Shown here: positions 50,731 to 63,687 of the stretch, one piece after another
Numbering within the stretch: the stretch's first letter is position 1
How the letters are laid out: every line of letters starts with the position of its first letter
Made by a program: the position numbers and the translations under genes
Notes under the pieces: model-generated
Seen by the model: only the letters and a program-made list of their open reading frames with translations
The model's database searches: none
What the model was told of the DNA's origin: nothing
Assembly (NCBI RefSeq): GCF_002571385.2
Contig: NW_019217932.1
Location: forward strand, 160,329-224,328
DNA length: 64,000 nucleotides
Source of the DNA: Stylophora pistillata
Taxonomy: Eukaryota
Reading direction: 5' to 3'

Positions 50731-50887
50731 AGAGCGAAATACAAATGGAAAGAAATTTGAAATATAGATGTTTACATGTGTTCATCAACGCTTAACTTCG
50801 ATTTTCTCTGTACATTGCAAATCACACGTTTACTTAACAATAAAAATACTTCAGCTCTCTGCGTAAAAATAATGAAAAGAAATGGAA

Positions 50888-53800
50888 TTAATTCCTAGCG
50901 TTTTGGCAGTGTCTTGCAACCACCGCAACCATAGCAACAACAGCAACACCGACGACCATTGCCGAAGCGATCACGACAATCACGACCGAGGACACGACGA
51001 CAGCATTGTCGGATGTATCAAGCTGAACGACTTTCTCGCACTTAGTGTTATTGCCCGCAGTCTGCACAGCGGTGATGTTATGAGCAGCCAGTGTTTTGTT
51101 GGTTGGTTTAGCACTGTCGTCTTCGTCCATGTCGATGTAGTCGGTGATCTCTCCAATTTCTGACTTGCTGTCGGGGCTCTCTGGGGTTTTGCCGTCAGCT
51201 TTGGTCTTGTGACTGTGATTATGAGTGTTGGTTTTCTTCGCTTTGGGGAGGTGCAAAGTGATTCTGTCACCTTGTACGTGTGTGGTGACTGAGTCTGACT
51301 CCTCGCTCTCTGTTCCCATGATAAGATATCGGCGACCGTCAATGGTAATGTTACCGATAAATTTATGAACTGCAGGCTTTTTCTTATCTTTGACGGGTCT
51401 CTCTTTCGCCACAATATGCTCCCTTCCTTTAGCCTTGGCGTCGTGAGATTTGGACAGGATCTTTTTATCTCCCAGTTTGCCGAACACCGAGATACCGTCG
51501 GGTAGTCCAGTCAGGCCTACGCCCATGCCTGAGCCTACGTCTTTGCTGGTCAGTGGTTTGCTAGTTGCTATTGGCCCTTCTTTAGGTGAAGTTAATTCCT
51601 TGACATTACTCTGCTGGTTATGTGCTTCGTCTATGATATCGAATATCTTCGGTATCTCGCGCTGTCCGCTACCTCCAGCCGTGAACGCGCTCGGTGCCGT
51701 GGACTCATCGATTATGTCGAGAATTTCTGGCAGTGTGTTAATGTTGTCCGAGTGCGAACCGAACATGGACACCTTATGAGTTAATTTCACAGGCGATTTT
51801 GATGGAATTAAAGAAACTTCCTCCACATGGCTTGATGCTAGGTGCTTTGAGAACCCATTCTGTTTGACAACGTTCTGGACGTCCTCTGGTACGAGGGACT
51901 GTTGAGTTGGCCAGGCGTGTATCGCGGGGATTTTCTTACTCGGCTTTACAGTCAGTGGGTTGATATATTTGACAGGTTGGTCTTGCTCCCCCTGTACCAT
52001 GTGCTCTACTTGTTTTACAGTGTCAGGGATAAGCTGCACTGGTTTAATACTGGGACGGAAGTCAACATTCTGATGCTGGAAGAAACCCTTGAGGGCTCCT
52101 GTCGGTCGGAAGGGTCGCGGCCTCTGTGCTGTATAATCCAGTTTCTTTTGCGACTCATCGGAGACGATTGCCGGGGGAATGGAAGGCGGAGCTGTGAATC
52201 GTGAGACTGTAGAAGCAGTGGACTCTGTCATGACAGCTGGGGGTGCCGTGGTCGGTGTGGGAGCGGTATTTGCCGTTGTTGCTAGGGTAGCGGATTTGCC
52301 TTGATTTGGATCTCTGAAATTGACGATAATATCCTCGACTTCTGTGGGGGCTGCTTCCTTCTTTGGGGCGGAAGCAACTACCTGGTCGCTCAAAAAATGA
52401 TTTAGTTGACTCTTGGAAGGATTGCCTGGAGATAATTTTGGTGAATCATAATATGAATTTGGATACACGTAATCATTCATTGTCTGATCAATATCCGGTG
52501 TGTCCCGCCATGGGCCCCAGACTCCTCCGTGCTGATCAGGATTTGCGCTGTCATCCGCTTGAGGGTATATCGCGGGCGTGGACCTTCGGTAGTAAAACTT
52601 AAGCCTGTCAATCATGACTTTTAAGGTGTTTGGCATAAAATCTGCTAGGTTGTGGTATTCGCATGGATCCCACTTGATGTTGAATAAACAAGGCTTCAAG
52701 TCAGGGTTACAAATCGGTGCTTTTGTGTACAGTAGTGGGTGTGGGTGCTTTAAGGTACAATCAACGGCTGCGTCTTTGAGTACACTTGGCTTAGGGGGCT
52801 GGTCTAACTCGCGCTGACTTTCTGGTCTAGGGTACCAATCACTATAGAAACTGCGGTTTTGATGGACTATCATCTTATAGTCTCCAATTCTCAGAGCGGC
52901 CCTCTTCTCTCTCATGGAGTCCAGACCATGAAGGATCTCATACCGCGGAGACTGGGCATCATTGGAAATTGTCTCCCATACATTGAATCCATCGATGGAT
53001 CCCAGGCCTTTCACGTCACCGCCGGCCAGATGATAGACAGTCGGAAGCCAATCAGAAGCATGCAGTAAGGCAGTTGAGACTCGACCTGGAACGCGAGTAA
53101 TGCATAGTTGTGAATATCACCTCGTGTTTCATGATCAGTAAATGAATAATGAGTTTGTTTTACCTCTTTTCTTTATGAGCGGGCTATGGATAAATCCAAC
53201 TGCTCGGACGCCTCCCTCCCAAAGAGTATTCTTGGCACCTCTTAGCGGGTAGTTTGAGCCTGCACTATTGTCCAATCCGCCAGCGGCTGCTCCATTATCA
53301 GTAGTGAAGATGATGATAGAGTTATCGTAAAGTCCCTTCTTCTTTAATGTTGTTACTAATTGTCGAACCGACTCGTCCAAAGCTGACACCATCCCTGTAA
53401 AACAACGACAAGTTTAGTGCATAAGTTTAACAGTGTCGAGCAAAATGCTTTCTGAGTTACTTTACCATAAGTTACTTTACCATAACATTACTCTCAATCA
53501 AAATTTTGTAAACAATTCTCGAAAGAACAAAGGATGACTTCGTAAGATGTCAATGGCCGATCCGTTGGTGTATGTGTTGAGTTCAATTTTATACTTGGTT
53601 CAAATTTTATTTTCCCTTGTTCTCGGTCATGTTAATGTATGATAATAATTGAACTACAACATATGTACCAAAGTTTATAATTTACTCAATTCCCTCGGCA
53701 AGAAAAGAGTATCCTTTGACTATTCGAGCAGTTGAATTGGAAAGTTACTGTGGAGCTATGATGATTTAAAAATTTGATATTCTAGAGTTGTGATTGAGAT

Positions 53801-56800
53801 TAGCAGAAATAATAAATGTGCAGTGATCAGGAGGCGATGGTAACAACCTGGATATGAAACCTTCGGATGAAACAGTCGAAAATAAGCTCTAATAGAACTA
53901 AGGTAAAATGAAGGAGCAGTCCTGGATTGTGTTGATGTTGCTTTCGTGCGCTCTGTGATTGGTTCAGAAATTTCGTCCCATCTTTTCAACCAATCAGAAA
54001 GATGACAAAAGCAAGAGCCCATTTCCGAATTACCCTTGGCCTCTTTTTCAAAACGAGGCCTGGTGCTCGACCATTCTTGTGAAAGTGAGTTTAATTTGCA
54101 TCTGAATGAAAACTTATTATCATACGAAAGGATGAGCACCAGGACTCGTTTTGAAAATGAGGCCAAGGGTAATTCGGAAATGGGCTATTGCCACCATGTT
54201 CTCAGCGTTTTCCCATGCCGAGGGCCACTTGATTTTATTACTAAATCTCCCATGCTTCGTCGGCTGTTTTTCCTCGTACTGCCGACTGTCTGTTTTGTTG
54301 ACTTTTTTTTCTTTTTTTGATGCATTATCATTACTTATTACCTGCAAATGTCCTTCTCTTCTCGTCTCCGATGTATCCTAGGCGATCAAGGTATTTCTTT
54401 GGCACTTGAAGAGGGTTATTCTGGTTACCAACATGGACGGCTTGTTGGGCGAAGTACAAAAACAGCGGCTTGGTGCCGTCATGATCGTTGAGTACTTTGT
54501 CAGCTTCGCGCGTGAAGAGGTCTGTACCGTAAGTACCCGTCTCATTGTACACAACCTGAAAATATGAGCACACAAAGTTAAAATGTTAAAATGTTTTTTT
54601 CTCGGAGAACTTGAACAATGTGTGGTGATATCGCGAGTGTCTGGTTTTCTCCTTCACTCTATAGTAGCTTACAAAAACGCCGTCATTATTAGCCCTCATA
54701 TATAAGTATGGGGCGTTGAGCAACGCAAGGTGTTAAGCCATACGTGCAAAACTCCCGCTAAACCCTCTGACTAGTCTCCAATCTTCCCGCGGGCGGAAAA
54801 ATGCGGGACTGGCAGCGTTTATGACTAGGGCCTCCTATTCAGTTCTACAGTTGCACGAGAATCTCATGCAACTTGACTGGTGTCTAAGAATCTTGTGCAG
54901 TTAAGTTTTTCTATTCAGCTTTACTATATCCAATGTATCTCGCGCTTGTTAGGTTTTCGTTTTCTTTTTCAAACGATTTATCTGTAGTAAGAAACATACA
55001 CTTCAAAAGATGAACAGTAAAACAACACAGAAAACATAAAAATCGTCACAGGGTGGTTTATCAGCCCAAAAATGTATTTCAATTACTCACGTCCAAGTTT
55101 CTTCGTAAGTCCAAACCATAGCCTCCGTCATAAGACACGTGACTAAAGTAATCTTGACCGGAAGTCCAGAAGCCATAGAAGGAATCGAACCCCCTGTAAG
55201 TTGGAGTGAATTCCTTGGCAAAGAAACCCAGCTGCCACTGCGAGAAGAGAATAGATCATTGATTAAAACAAATGGAATCGATATTAGATTTTGTGCTTAT
55301 GGAATTCAAAGGTAAATTAACTCAAACAGAGGTTCGTGAGCACTTTTGCCTGTTAATTAATGGAGTTTTGTGGCACTTTTTAGTTTCTTTGAGCAGTCTG
55401 GCCTTAAAGTGTCTATACGGCCAAAAGGGTTTTTATAGTTTTGGTATGTATTTAACATGTAAAAAAGTATTCTTAAATAAAAATTGGATTCTGATGGGTC
55501 TTCGCCCTGAAATCGAGCTTTTAACTTCCCGCTTTGGCCACGCCCATTGAAGGTGACCGTGAGTCGGGGCAAAAAAGAGATTGGGTTCAGAGTGGGTCGT
55601 GACGTCAAGTCAGGAACGTGCCAAATCTCGCCAGTGGTCATTTTACTGTTTTTTTCAGTAAGGTAAAGAGTTTTCGGCGACATAAAAATGCTCGATAGAT
55701 GTATTGTAAAAGTACTGCGTTTGTCAAGCAAAGTAACAACACGACGCTCGAAACGCTCCTGGAGTGACGTCACTCATCACCAATCTTCCCTTACGCGGTC
55801 AACTTCATTGGGTGTGGCCATAGCGGGAACTTTAAAGCTCGATTTTAGGGTGAAGAGGCGTCAGAATCAAATTTTATTTTTGAGAATGCTTTTTTACAGG
55901 TTAAAGAGAAACCAAAACAATAAAAACCCTCCGACGAAGGGCTAACGCTCGAAACTTCAGCTTTTGTAATCGTTATGGTGGCCAATTTAACATTTCAACT
56001 TTGTTGATATATTCAAATAAAAACCCCTTTGGCCGTATAGACACTTTAATTTTGCAATCTTTACTAATCTTCTCCAAACAGTTTTTGGTTAATTTTGCTT
56101 AGTTTGATGTTTTTATTTTATATCTTGCCAAAATGATATTTTGTTGTTAAGGCAGCGTTGCATGTCGCAACAAAAGAACTCAAATAGTCAAACAGTCGTT
56201 CAGTAACCATTGCCTTTAAATTGTCAAATTTGTTTTGCCAAAACTTGTTACGCCATTTTTATGACCTTTTGTTTATACCTTGAAAGACTAAAGCTTTTTG
56301 CTTAAAAAGAAAACTTTTTTTTTTCCTGAGTAGCCAATCAGTGTAATGCGGCTAACTGAGAAAATCCATATTTTTTATAACCAACACAAGTTTACCTTTC
56401 CTACAGCGTGGGTTGAGTAACCTAACTGCCTCAAATATTCCGGCAGAAGCTTTTCCTTTAGTGGCACTCCATAAGGCTGCCTGTTATGAATCGTGTCATG
56501 TTGAAGGCCTGAAAGATGTTTGAAGAAACCGGATATTGTTCAAAGTTGCATGTGCCTTTGTAAACGCCCTGTATTATTTACGCACTACAGTGTATGCGTT
56601 TGTTACGCTCTTTTACTTCGAATTTCAAGCGAGCAACAATCGGTTAAGAATTTGAGAATACCCTAGCCTTGGCGACTTTTCTTCGCTTGGCGCGTCGCTT
56701 GAGTTTTCTCTATATGGCCATTTCTAAGTACCCAGCTCACACTCATGGCCAACTTACCGTGAGAGCCCGGGTACGAGATCAGACTTGCATTTATGATGTT

Positions 56801-58022
56801 AAGTTTACTTTTTGAAAATATTTCAGCACCCTCAATTGAAATAATTGAATCTAGATGTACTAATTTCTTACCTAAATTCAAGGCATATTTTCCAGTCAGG
56901 AACGCAGCCCTGGAGGGTGAGTCTATTGGGGATACGTAATAATTGTTAAGGATTACCCCGGAATTTGCCAAGCCGTCGAGAGTGGGCGTGGGGATCTGGG
57001 GTGAGCCGTGAAAACTGACATCATCCCAGCCCTGCAAAAGACAGTTTTGTTAGAAATAAGCCTGCGGACGTAGAATCGAGTGCTGATAAAATAAGATGAT
57101 TGGTTCAACAATGATTTATAGTCGGGGTGAAAACTAATTCTCTATCTAGATTTTTGTAAATTTTCAAATTCGAAGATTGCATTTCTAATGTTCTTATTGG
57201 TTCACTCAACTCCGGTTATCAGCTCATATTCCAAGTCACCTTAAATGAAAATGTATGAGCCTTCTGTCGGGGAGCTGAAAAAAAGGCTCCAAATATCCAA
57301 ACGTTCAAGATTTAATAAAATTTGATGAAACCGTCATTCCATTCCCGCTTGTTGGCGAGATTGTTTACGATTAACTCGACGCTACGCGCCTCGTTGATTA
57401 TCTTCCATATCTCATGTCCAACGCGCGCTCATGTAATAATTTGTTAATTATCCAGAGACTGCATCGTAAGCACGCTGACTCTTAGTTAGCGCCCAAATCC
57501 TCCCAGTTTTATCAGATTTTTGTAACATTGACCGCTTGTTTCTCGACGGAATTCGACGCTGGTTTCTCTTTGTTCGTATCTCAACAATGTGATGTGACAG
57601 TCATCCACTCCGCCGTTCCTCCCCCCTCTCCCCAAAAAAATCGGGTTTTTTTTCTTATGAAATGAAAAAATGTCTTTAATGAAAAATGAAAAAATGAAAA
57701 AATGAAAAAATGAAATGAAAAAAAGCTTTAAAAATGACCTTAGATGTTGAAAATAAATTCCACAGTTTTTCGAACGCGCTGAAAATGAAAAGAATCAATC
57801 AACCGTTTTTCCTTTCATGTGATGTATACGTGGAAGGCGTAACCCCTTATGTAGCTTTGTATTGATAAAATAAATTTCACTTACTAAATCATCGGCTACA
57901 ATCATAATAATGTGAGGCTTCTGTGCCTGTTGAGGTTGCTGAGCATGGAGACAGTGAATTAAGTAAAATATAACAAGTATTCCAAGGGTCAGTGACCGGG
58001 AAGCGCAAATGAATGAAGCCAT
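50888..58022 (-). CDS. Arylsulfatase B/I/J-like protein with altered active site (C->D, H->Q), mucin-like stalk and C-terminal TM helix; 7 coding exons, ~1066 aa
   Basis: Exons 58022-57885, 57031-56872, 56508-56396, 55237-55091, 54555-54342, 53394-53164, 53085-50888 (3201 nt). Motifs [104 protein letters not shown]. Confidence 0.9.
54015..54189. mobile_element. Palindromic MITE in a sulfatase intron
   Basis: agcccatttccgaattacccttggcctc / gaggccaagggtaattcggaaatgggct. Confidence 0.8.
55408..56045. mobile_element. TTAA-flanked long-TIR MITE (Kolobok-like) in sulfatase intron 3
   Basis: ttaa|AGTGTCTATACGGCCAAA ... TTTGGCCGTATAGACACT|ttaa, with extended imperfect inverted arms. Confidence 0.8.
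55930..56015 (+). mobile_element. 86-bp PLE/hammerhead fragment inserted in a MITE arm
   Basis: Same sequence as 3814-3898, flanked by an 11-bp TSD aataaaaaccc (55919-55929 / 56016-56026). Confidence 0.75.
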
Positions 58023-60522
58023 AAAATCTGTAGGGAGAAAAGAAACGTTTGTTAGTCAGGCTTGTGCACACACTTTGTGGTTTGAGTTATTTGGTTCATA
58101 AATAACTTTATTTTGCATTTCAAAAGTACTTTGGTTGATTAGCCATCCTCGACGTGTTCGGATTTCAAAAAAGACTAAGTGATTCTATGATAAAAGTACT
58201 AGAGAAGTCTATTTTATTAAGATTTGAATGGAGAAATATTGATCTCTGATTTGTGTGACATTTACGGAATGATTTTTCGTTCGGAAGAACTCGGTTTATA
58301 GCAGTGAAATAAAAACAAATTCAATGAGAAATTAAACATAAAAACCTTATCCTTTGTCGTCTTTTAATGACGTGAAGCAATGTAACCAAGCGAAAAAAAA
58401 ACTGTGATATTCAATGAACTCACTATGGTTTGAACCCTTACGATTTCATTGATGCATCTTGTTTTTTACGTATAACTTGTACGATCCCGTTTTACTTCAG
58501 AAGTAACTTTTCAGCTCTTAGCAGGGGTTTGTTCGTGAAAGCTTCGTTCGAGAAGGTCTACAACTAGCTACCAGCTCATTGTGAAAACAGAACCAGCAGC
58601 GCAGTGTTTAGAGAAAAATAGTTACCCCAACAGCTAAAGGTCATTTGCGACTGGTACCATGATGAAAATATGTGTGGTGTGATCAACAGCCTTTTAATTA
58701 ATCGCGGAAGCAGTATTGACGACTCATACGGGAGAAACGTGTTTGTATGAAAAAAGCCAAATTTCTCTTTTCACTATTATTAAAAAAAAGACGAATAAAA
58801 TAAAATAAAATTATAATTTCTTTGAAAAATATTAAATATGTTAGCTATAAAAGCCAACTATATCAGGTTGTGTGAATCAAATTTTAAATGTTATAGTAAC
58901 GGTAGTTTGATCTCTATATAGGTTATGAACAAAGTGTCACATAGATAGAAAAGAAAGGTTTTTTTACAATTTTAAGTTGTATTTTAATTCTCGATTGGAC
59001 CAGAATAGAAATTTAAATGAGGCATTTTTCTTAAGATCACTATTTCATTCTTTTATCGCTTTTGTTAGGTAAGGGCACAAAATCAATAGGGTGGACATTT
59101 TAAATGTCCCACCATTTTCGGAAGAAGCAAGAGGCAGTGATGAAATAGTCGATATTATATATCGTTAGGTGTTGAAAGAAGGACTTTGTTCATCTCAAAA
59201 AGTTCGAGAATTGCTACAATTTGAGATTTGTCAGGTTTATCAATCTATAACCAGTTTGTTGGCACTTTTGTATCTGATTCCTCTTCACTTAGAATGAGTT
59301 ATTTAGAAAAAAGAACGAACAAAATATTCCAACCAAAACACCTTGAGAATGTATAAAGGTTCTTGAATAAAAATATAAAAAAGTATATCCTCGATCGTAC
59401 TCATAACCTTGAAAGCTAATGTCTGGTGATCTGTTGCAGGTTTTAAGAAGTTCATTTTCCTTGTGATTTTTGCGGTGTTTTAATTTTTTCAAATTCAACT
59501 CCCCTTAAGAACACAGATTTATCCTTTTTTGTTGGTCAAATTGGACATGAGCCTTCACATTTTTCCCGAATCTCTTGAACCTTTGGTTAGCTTTTGTTTT
59601 TACGTTTCTCCTTCTCCTTATTGGTATATTTCATGTAAGGTGAGTTTTATTCTTTAACGATGATCATTAATTAGACTGAAAGAGCCACCCAAAAATTGTG
59701 TAAATCAAGCATCCAACTTAAGTTTTTACCATTTATCAAATATTTTACCTAACTATACCAGTTCATAGTTGTTCACGTATTTTGTGATTTTCGATGGATG
59801 CTGATTATTACGTATTTATGAGGTGCCTTTGTTATAAATTAAGATAGTAATCTCCAGCGATTACGATGGTGAAATCTCGGTATTTCATGAGATGACTGGT
59901 TGAATTCTTCGTTATGTATAAGCAGAAATCATTAAAACCTTGATTTTGTAGGAAATTAACGAAAGTAAAATTGAAGTGATGAAAAAAAAAAAAAATTAAC
60001 GGTGAAATGAAAGTACTAGTCAGATCTCTGATTTCATTCCATGACAGTCAGTTTAGTAAACTTCTCGATGAGTTATATGCTTTAAGCAAAGCCTTTCATA
60101 ATTTTTGTCATCCATAGAATTACTACTGAAAATAGTTACTAATAAACTTATCGACTCCACTAATGAACTATTTTATGTCACAACAGAACAGACTCGATTA
60201 TCTTACCTTGTGATAGAACTCCCATATTTTTTATCCCGTAGTCCCGTCAACACTTCTAAGATTGAGACAAACAATATCCATTCCTTTGAAAATTACCTCA
60301 TATACAATTTTGTCTTTTCAAACGATGGCTAACACATCATCTTGTAAGGAATAGCCCCGAAAATATAGCTGCGTTCAAAAAACCAAGCGAACCGAAGAAG
60401 ATTTAGTCGCTTCGCTAGTTTACAAATGCCAACGAGCGAGTTTTCCTAATTTGGATTGTGATCAACAGGTTATACCCGCTCGAAGAAAATCCACTAAATT
60501 ATTGACGCCCGCGAAAAATTCG

Positions 60523-60710
60523 ACAAAGCCATTTGAATTTACAACTCAACCGTGGAGACAACAGAGGAAAAGGCAGCCTTCATCTGAGGACGAGGCAAAT
60601 TAGTTCGAAAACAGTAACAGTACGTATGCGTTGACAAAGCCATTTGAATTTACCACTCAACCGTGGAGACAACGGGAGAGAGGCAGCCTCCACCTGAGGG
60701 CGAGGCAACT
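60523..60710. repeat. Direct repeat (~77 bp x2, period ~110)
   Basis: gacaaagccatttgaattta..actcaaccgtggagacaac...ctgagg.cgaggcaa occurs twice. Confidence 0.75.
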
Positions 60711-62052
60711 TTGTAACATTTGTAATAGATTTATGATTGCTAATAAAGATTATGATTTGTGACGATCTAGGCTCAAGGAGATGCATCCTTTTTTTTTTCT
60801 TTTAATCTCCACCTCTATGACTTGTCAAGGACTACATTACATGAGATTGTTTAATATTTATATTCAGAAAATTCTCAACTTTATAAAAACTTTTTTTTAG
60901 GACTGGGCATCGTAAAAAGGGCTTGGGCTGTAAGTTTTAATAATGCAAATGTGCGAAGATAATTTTGCCGCTAAAATGATATATTGACAAAGGTATGAAT
61001 GTATCTCGAAGAGCCAGTTTGTCAGACCGCATTTAAATTTACTGTAAGTTTCAGCACCTAATCAGAAGTATTGAGAACTGAATCAGTGATTCCATTGTTG
61101 TTTATGTGGTTCTTGTGTGGTTCTCCTTACGTGTCTGTATGTGTGTGTTTTTACTCTTGTCAGGGTTTGGATACTGTTCAGAAACAATTAAGCTTCTCTC
61201 CACAGTCTGCCAGTGACAATGAAAGAACAAAGTTAACGTATTTAGAGCAATTCATTAAAAGGCGAAAATGATTTCTCATGGTACGTAATCGATCACAAAC
61301 ATCAAAATAAACTAATGGAGAAAAAACGTTTGATCGTTAACTTTGTTGTTTTGTTAAGATTTTTCCTGACACGTCAGTCAACTCCGCTATTATTGATCAG
61401 CCGAGTTTATTGTACAGTTCTTCGAACGAAGTGTCCGGAATACTCACCTTAATATCTATCTGTCGCACCTTTAAAAACCGCAGAGGCTCGTTATAAATCA
61501 ATATTACTCAGTAATTCAGCAGATTTCCCTAGTTTTTAGTCTACAAACCGGGGTTATATTTTAGGAAGTGAAATACGCAACAACCGCGAAAACAAATTGA
61601 CTTTAGAAAGAATTCGTAAAATGAACTATTTTCAAGAGGTTCTCAGTTAAGATTATAATGAAATGCATCAATGACCTGAAAGGTGATATTGATCGAGAAA
61701 ATACATGAAAACAAAGTGTGTCTTTTAACTGAACTAGAAAAATATTAATTTGTTAACGGGTCTTAAGAAATAAAACGTTCAACTACTTCGAAGCTGCTCT
61801 TCATATCCCTAACAAGCACAAGTGACAGTAATGCGGAACTGTGTAAAACTTAAATGGCCAATGTGATGAAGGACCTTGTAATTTCTTGAGATTACGGAAA
61901 AGCACAAGCAAAAAGAAGGTAAGGAGTAGATGTTAGAAAGAAACCCCACTTTTAAAATGGGAACATCTCGGTAAATCCGTCAGAAATTACCATGCAATGC
62001 ATTGCCATCTTAAGTAAGTAGAATATGTCAAAGATGGTTTCCCCGGCAGCAG

Positions 62053-62646
62053 TTATATAGGCGGCAAATAAATAACTTCGCTGTCTTTTTTCGATCGAGA
62101 TAGAGGCACATACACATTGTCTTGCCTACTTGATGGTTCAACTGGGGTTAAACTTGGTAGAAAAAAGCGTGTGCGAGTTCTTTTAAACTCTTCAGATCTC
62201 CTTCGGCTTGCTAATGCTTCTCTCAGTCGCCGGCGGAACTGTTTTGTTGTGACTCCCATTAGATTGGACCGTGTGGTTCTCTCGACCGCAGGAAGTTCCT
62301 GATAAGCGGCTTGCTGCACGTCAAAGATGCGTCGAATTTCCCTCTCGAATTCGCGATGTAACAAGTCCTTGGTTTTTTCCAAGCTCGAGTCAAGAGAGAA
62401 GTTCATTGCTTTGGCATAACGGACAGCGTTAACAATCTTTCTATGAGGACTTGTTGACAAAATCGTTTCCTCTCGTTTCATTCGCTCGTCCATCACCTCC
62501 AACAGAGAATCATAGTCGAATTCTCCGTGTTCACTCTGAGCAGTGCATGACAACGAATTTGATTCTAATGTCGAATGTGCACACAGCGAATTACCTTCGC
62601 CTTTCAAAGATTCCGCTCCAGACTGAATAAATTTGATAGCTTTCAT
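62053..62646 (-). CDS. Uncharacterised protein, 197 aa, single ORF, helical/charged, ending LPPI
   Basis: 600-nt open frame in AT-rich DNA with ATG at 62646 and protein-like composition. No family recognised. Confidence 0.6.
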   Translation of the reverse strand: MKAIKFIQSGAESLKGEGNSLCAHSTLESNSLSCTAQSEHGEFDYDSLLEVMDERMKREETILSTSPHRKIVNAVRYAKAMNFSLDSSLEKTKDLLHREFEREIRRIFDVQQAAYQELPAVERTTRSNLMGVTTKQFRRRLREALASRRRSEEFKRTRTRFFLPSLTPVEPSSRQDNVYVPLSRSKKDSEVIYLPPI

Positions 62647-63687
62647 TCGCAAGACAATGAGAAAGCAGCTTTAAAGGGTTCCATGTCAGAGGTACATTTC
62701 AAGATCCTTAGCTGTACTTAAAATTTTTCGCCGCCTTCTAAACTTTTGGCTCCAATTTTGTACGACTAAGGCGCTTAAAATTTTCAATTCACGGAAGTAA
62801 TTAACTCGTCCATCTGCTCAACTAACAAAGAAAATTTGATAGGGGATTGGTTTCCCTTTTATAGAAAATTAGAAAATCTATTTTCTATTATGACTTTTCA
62901 AACCAGCATTTGCATAAAACGCAAGGTGTTCAAACTAAACCTACTTTCACAAATTGTCCAAAGCTTGGTGCGCGTTTTAATTTAACTCTGTGGTTGCAAA
63001 CACCGATGACACCATCAATTATTTTCCTTTCTAGCAGAAACACTTAACCCAACAGTTCAATTTGTCTTTCGATACGTTAATAACTTCGGCAGATCAAAAA
63101 CGTTGCCACGTTATCTTTTTTCATGAAAATAAAACTTGTATAAGCCGACATCTAGGCGATAATTTCCGTATAAATCTCCCTAAAGACAAGGATCTTGATT
63201 AAGTTTCAGTAACTGTACGTCAGCCGCAGACGTAATAATGGAGAAAACGAAACAAAAATGGCAAAGAAAAAGGCAATTAAATAAGTCTATGTAAACTTGG
63301 CGTCAGAACGTATTATTGACAAATATAAAAGAAAAGAAGCGTTTGCCTCTTAAAGAATAAACTAATTATCATAAACGAATAAAAGAAGCAATTTGGTTTT
63401 TGCAAGAAAATTGAATTTGGAATGTGTTTTCTGAATATCTAACAGCTGTTTTGCAATATAGTTTGTAATTTGCATGATTGTTCATGACCCCCTTTAGGAT
63501 TTCTTGACTGATCAAACTCTACAATCCCTAAATGCAACATGAGCAAAGAGGTACATTACTTGTTAGTAGAACAATTGTTTGACGCGGTAGGGTATTATTT
63601 TCTCGCATAACACAGTGAAATTACCTACGAATAACCAACACTTTAAAGTACAAAAAAAAGCCGTTGTCTTTCTCCCCCGGATACTTG

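Noticed and set aside
50882-53068. Plus-strand and alternate-frame ORFs over the sulfatase last exon
   Set aside because: Shadows of a GC-rich coding exon.
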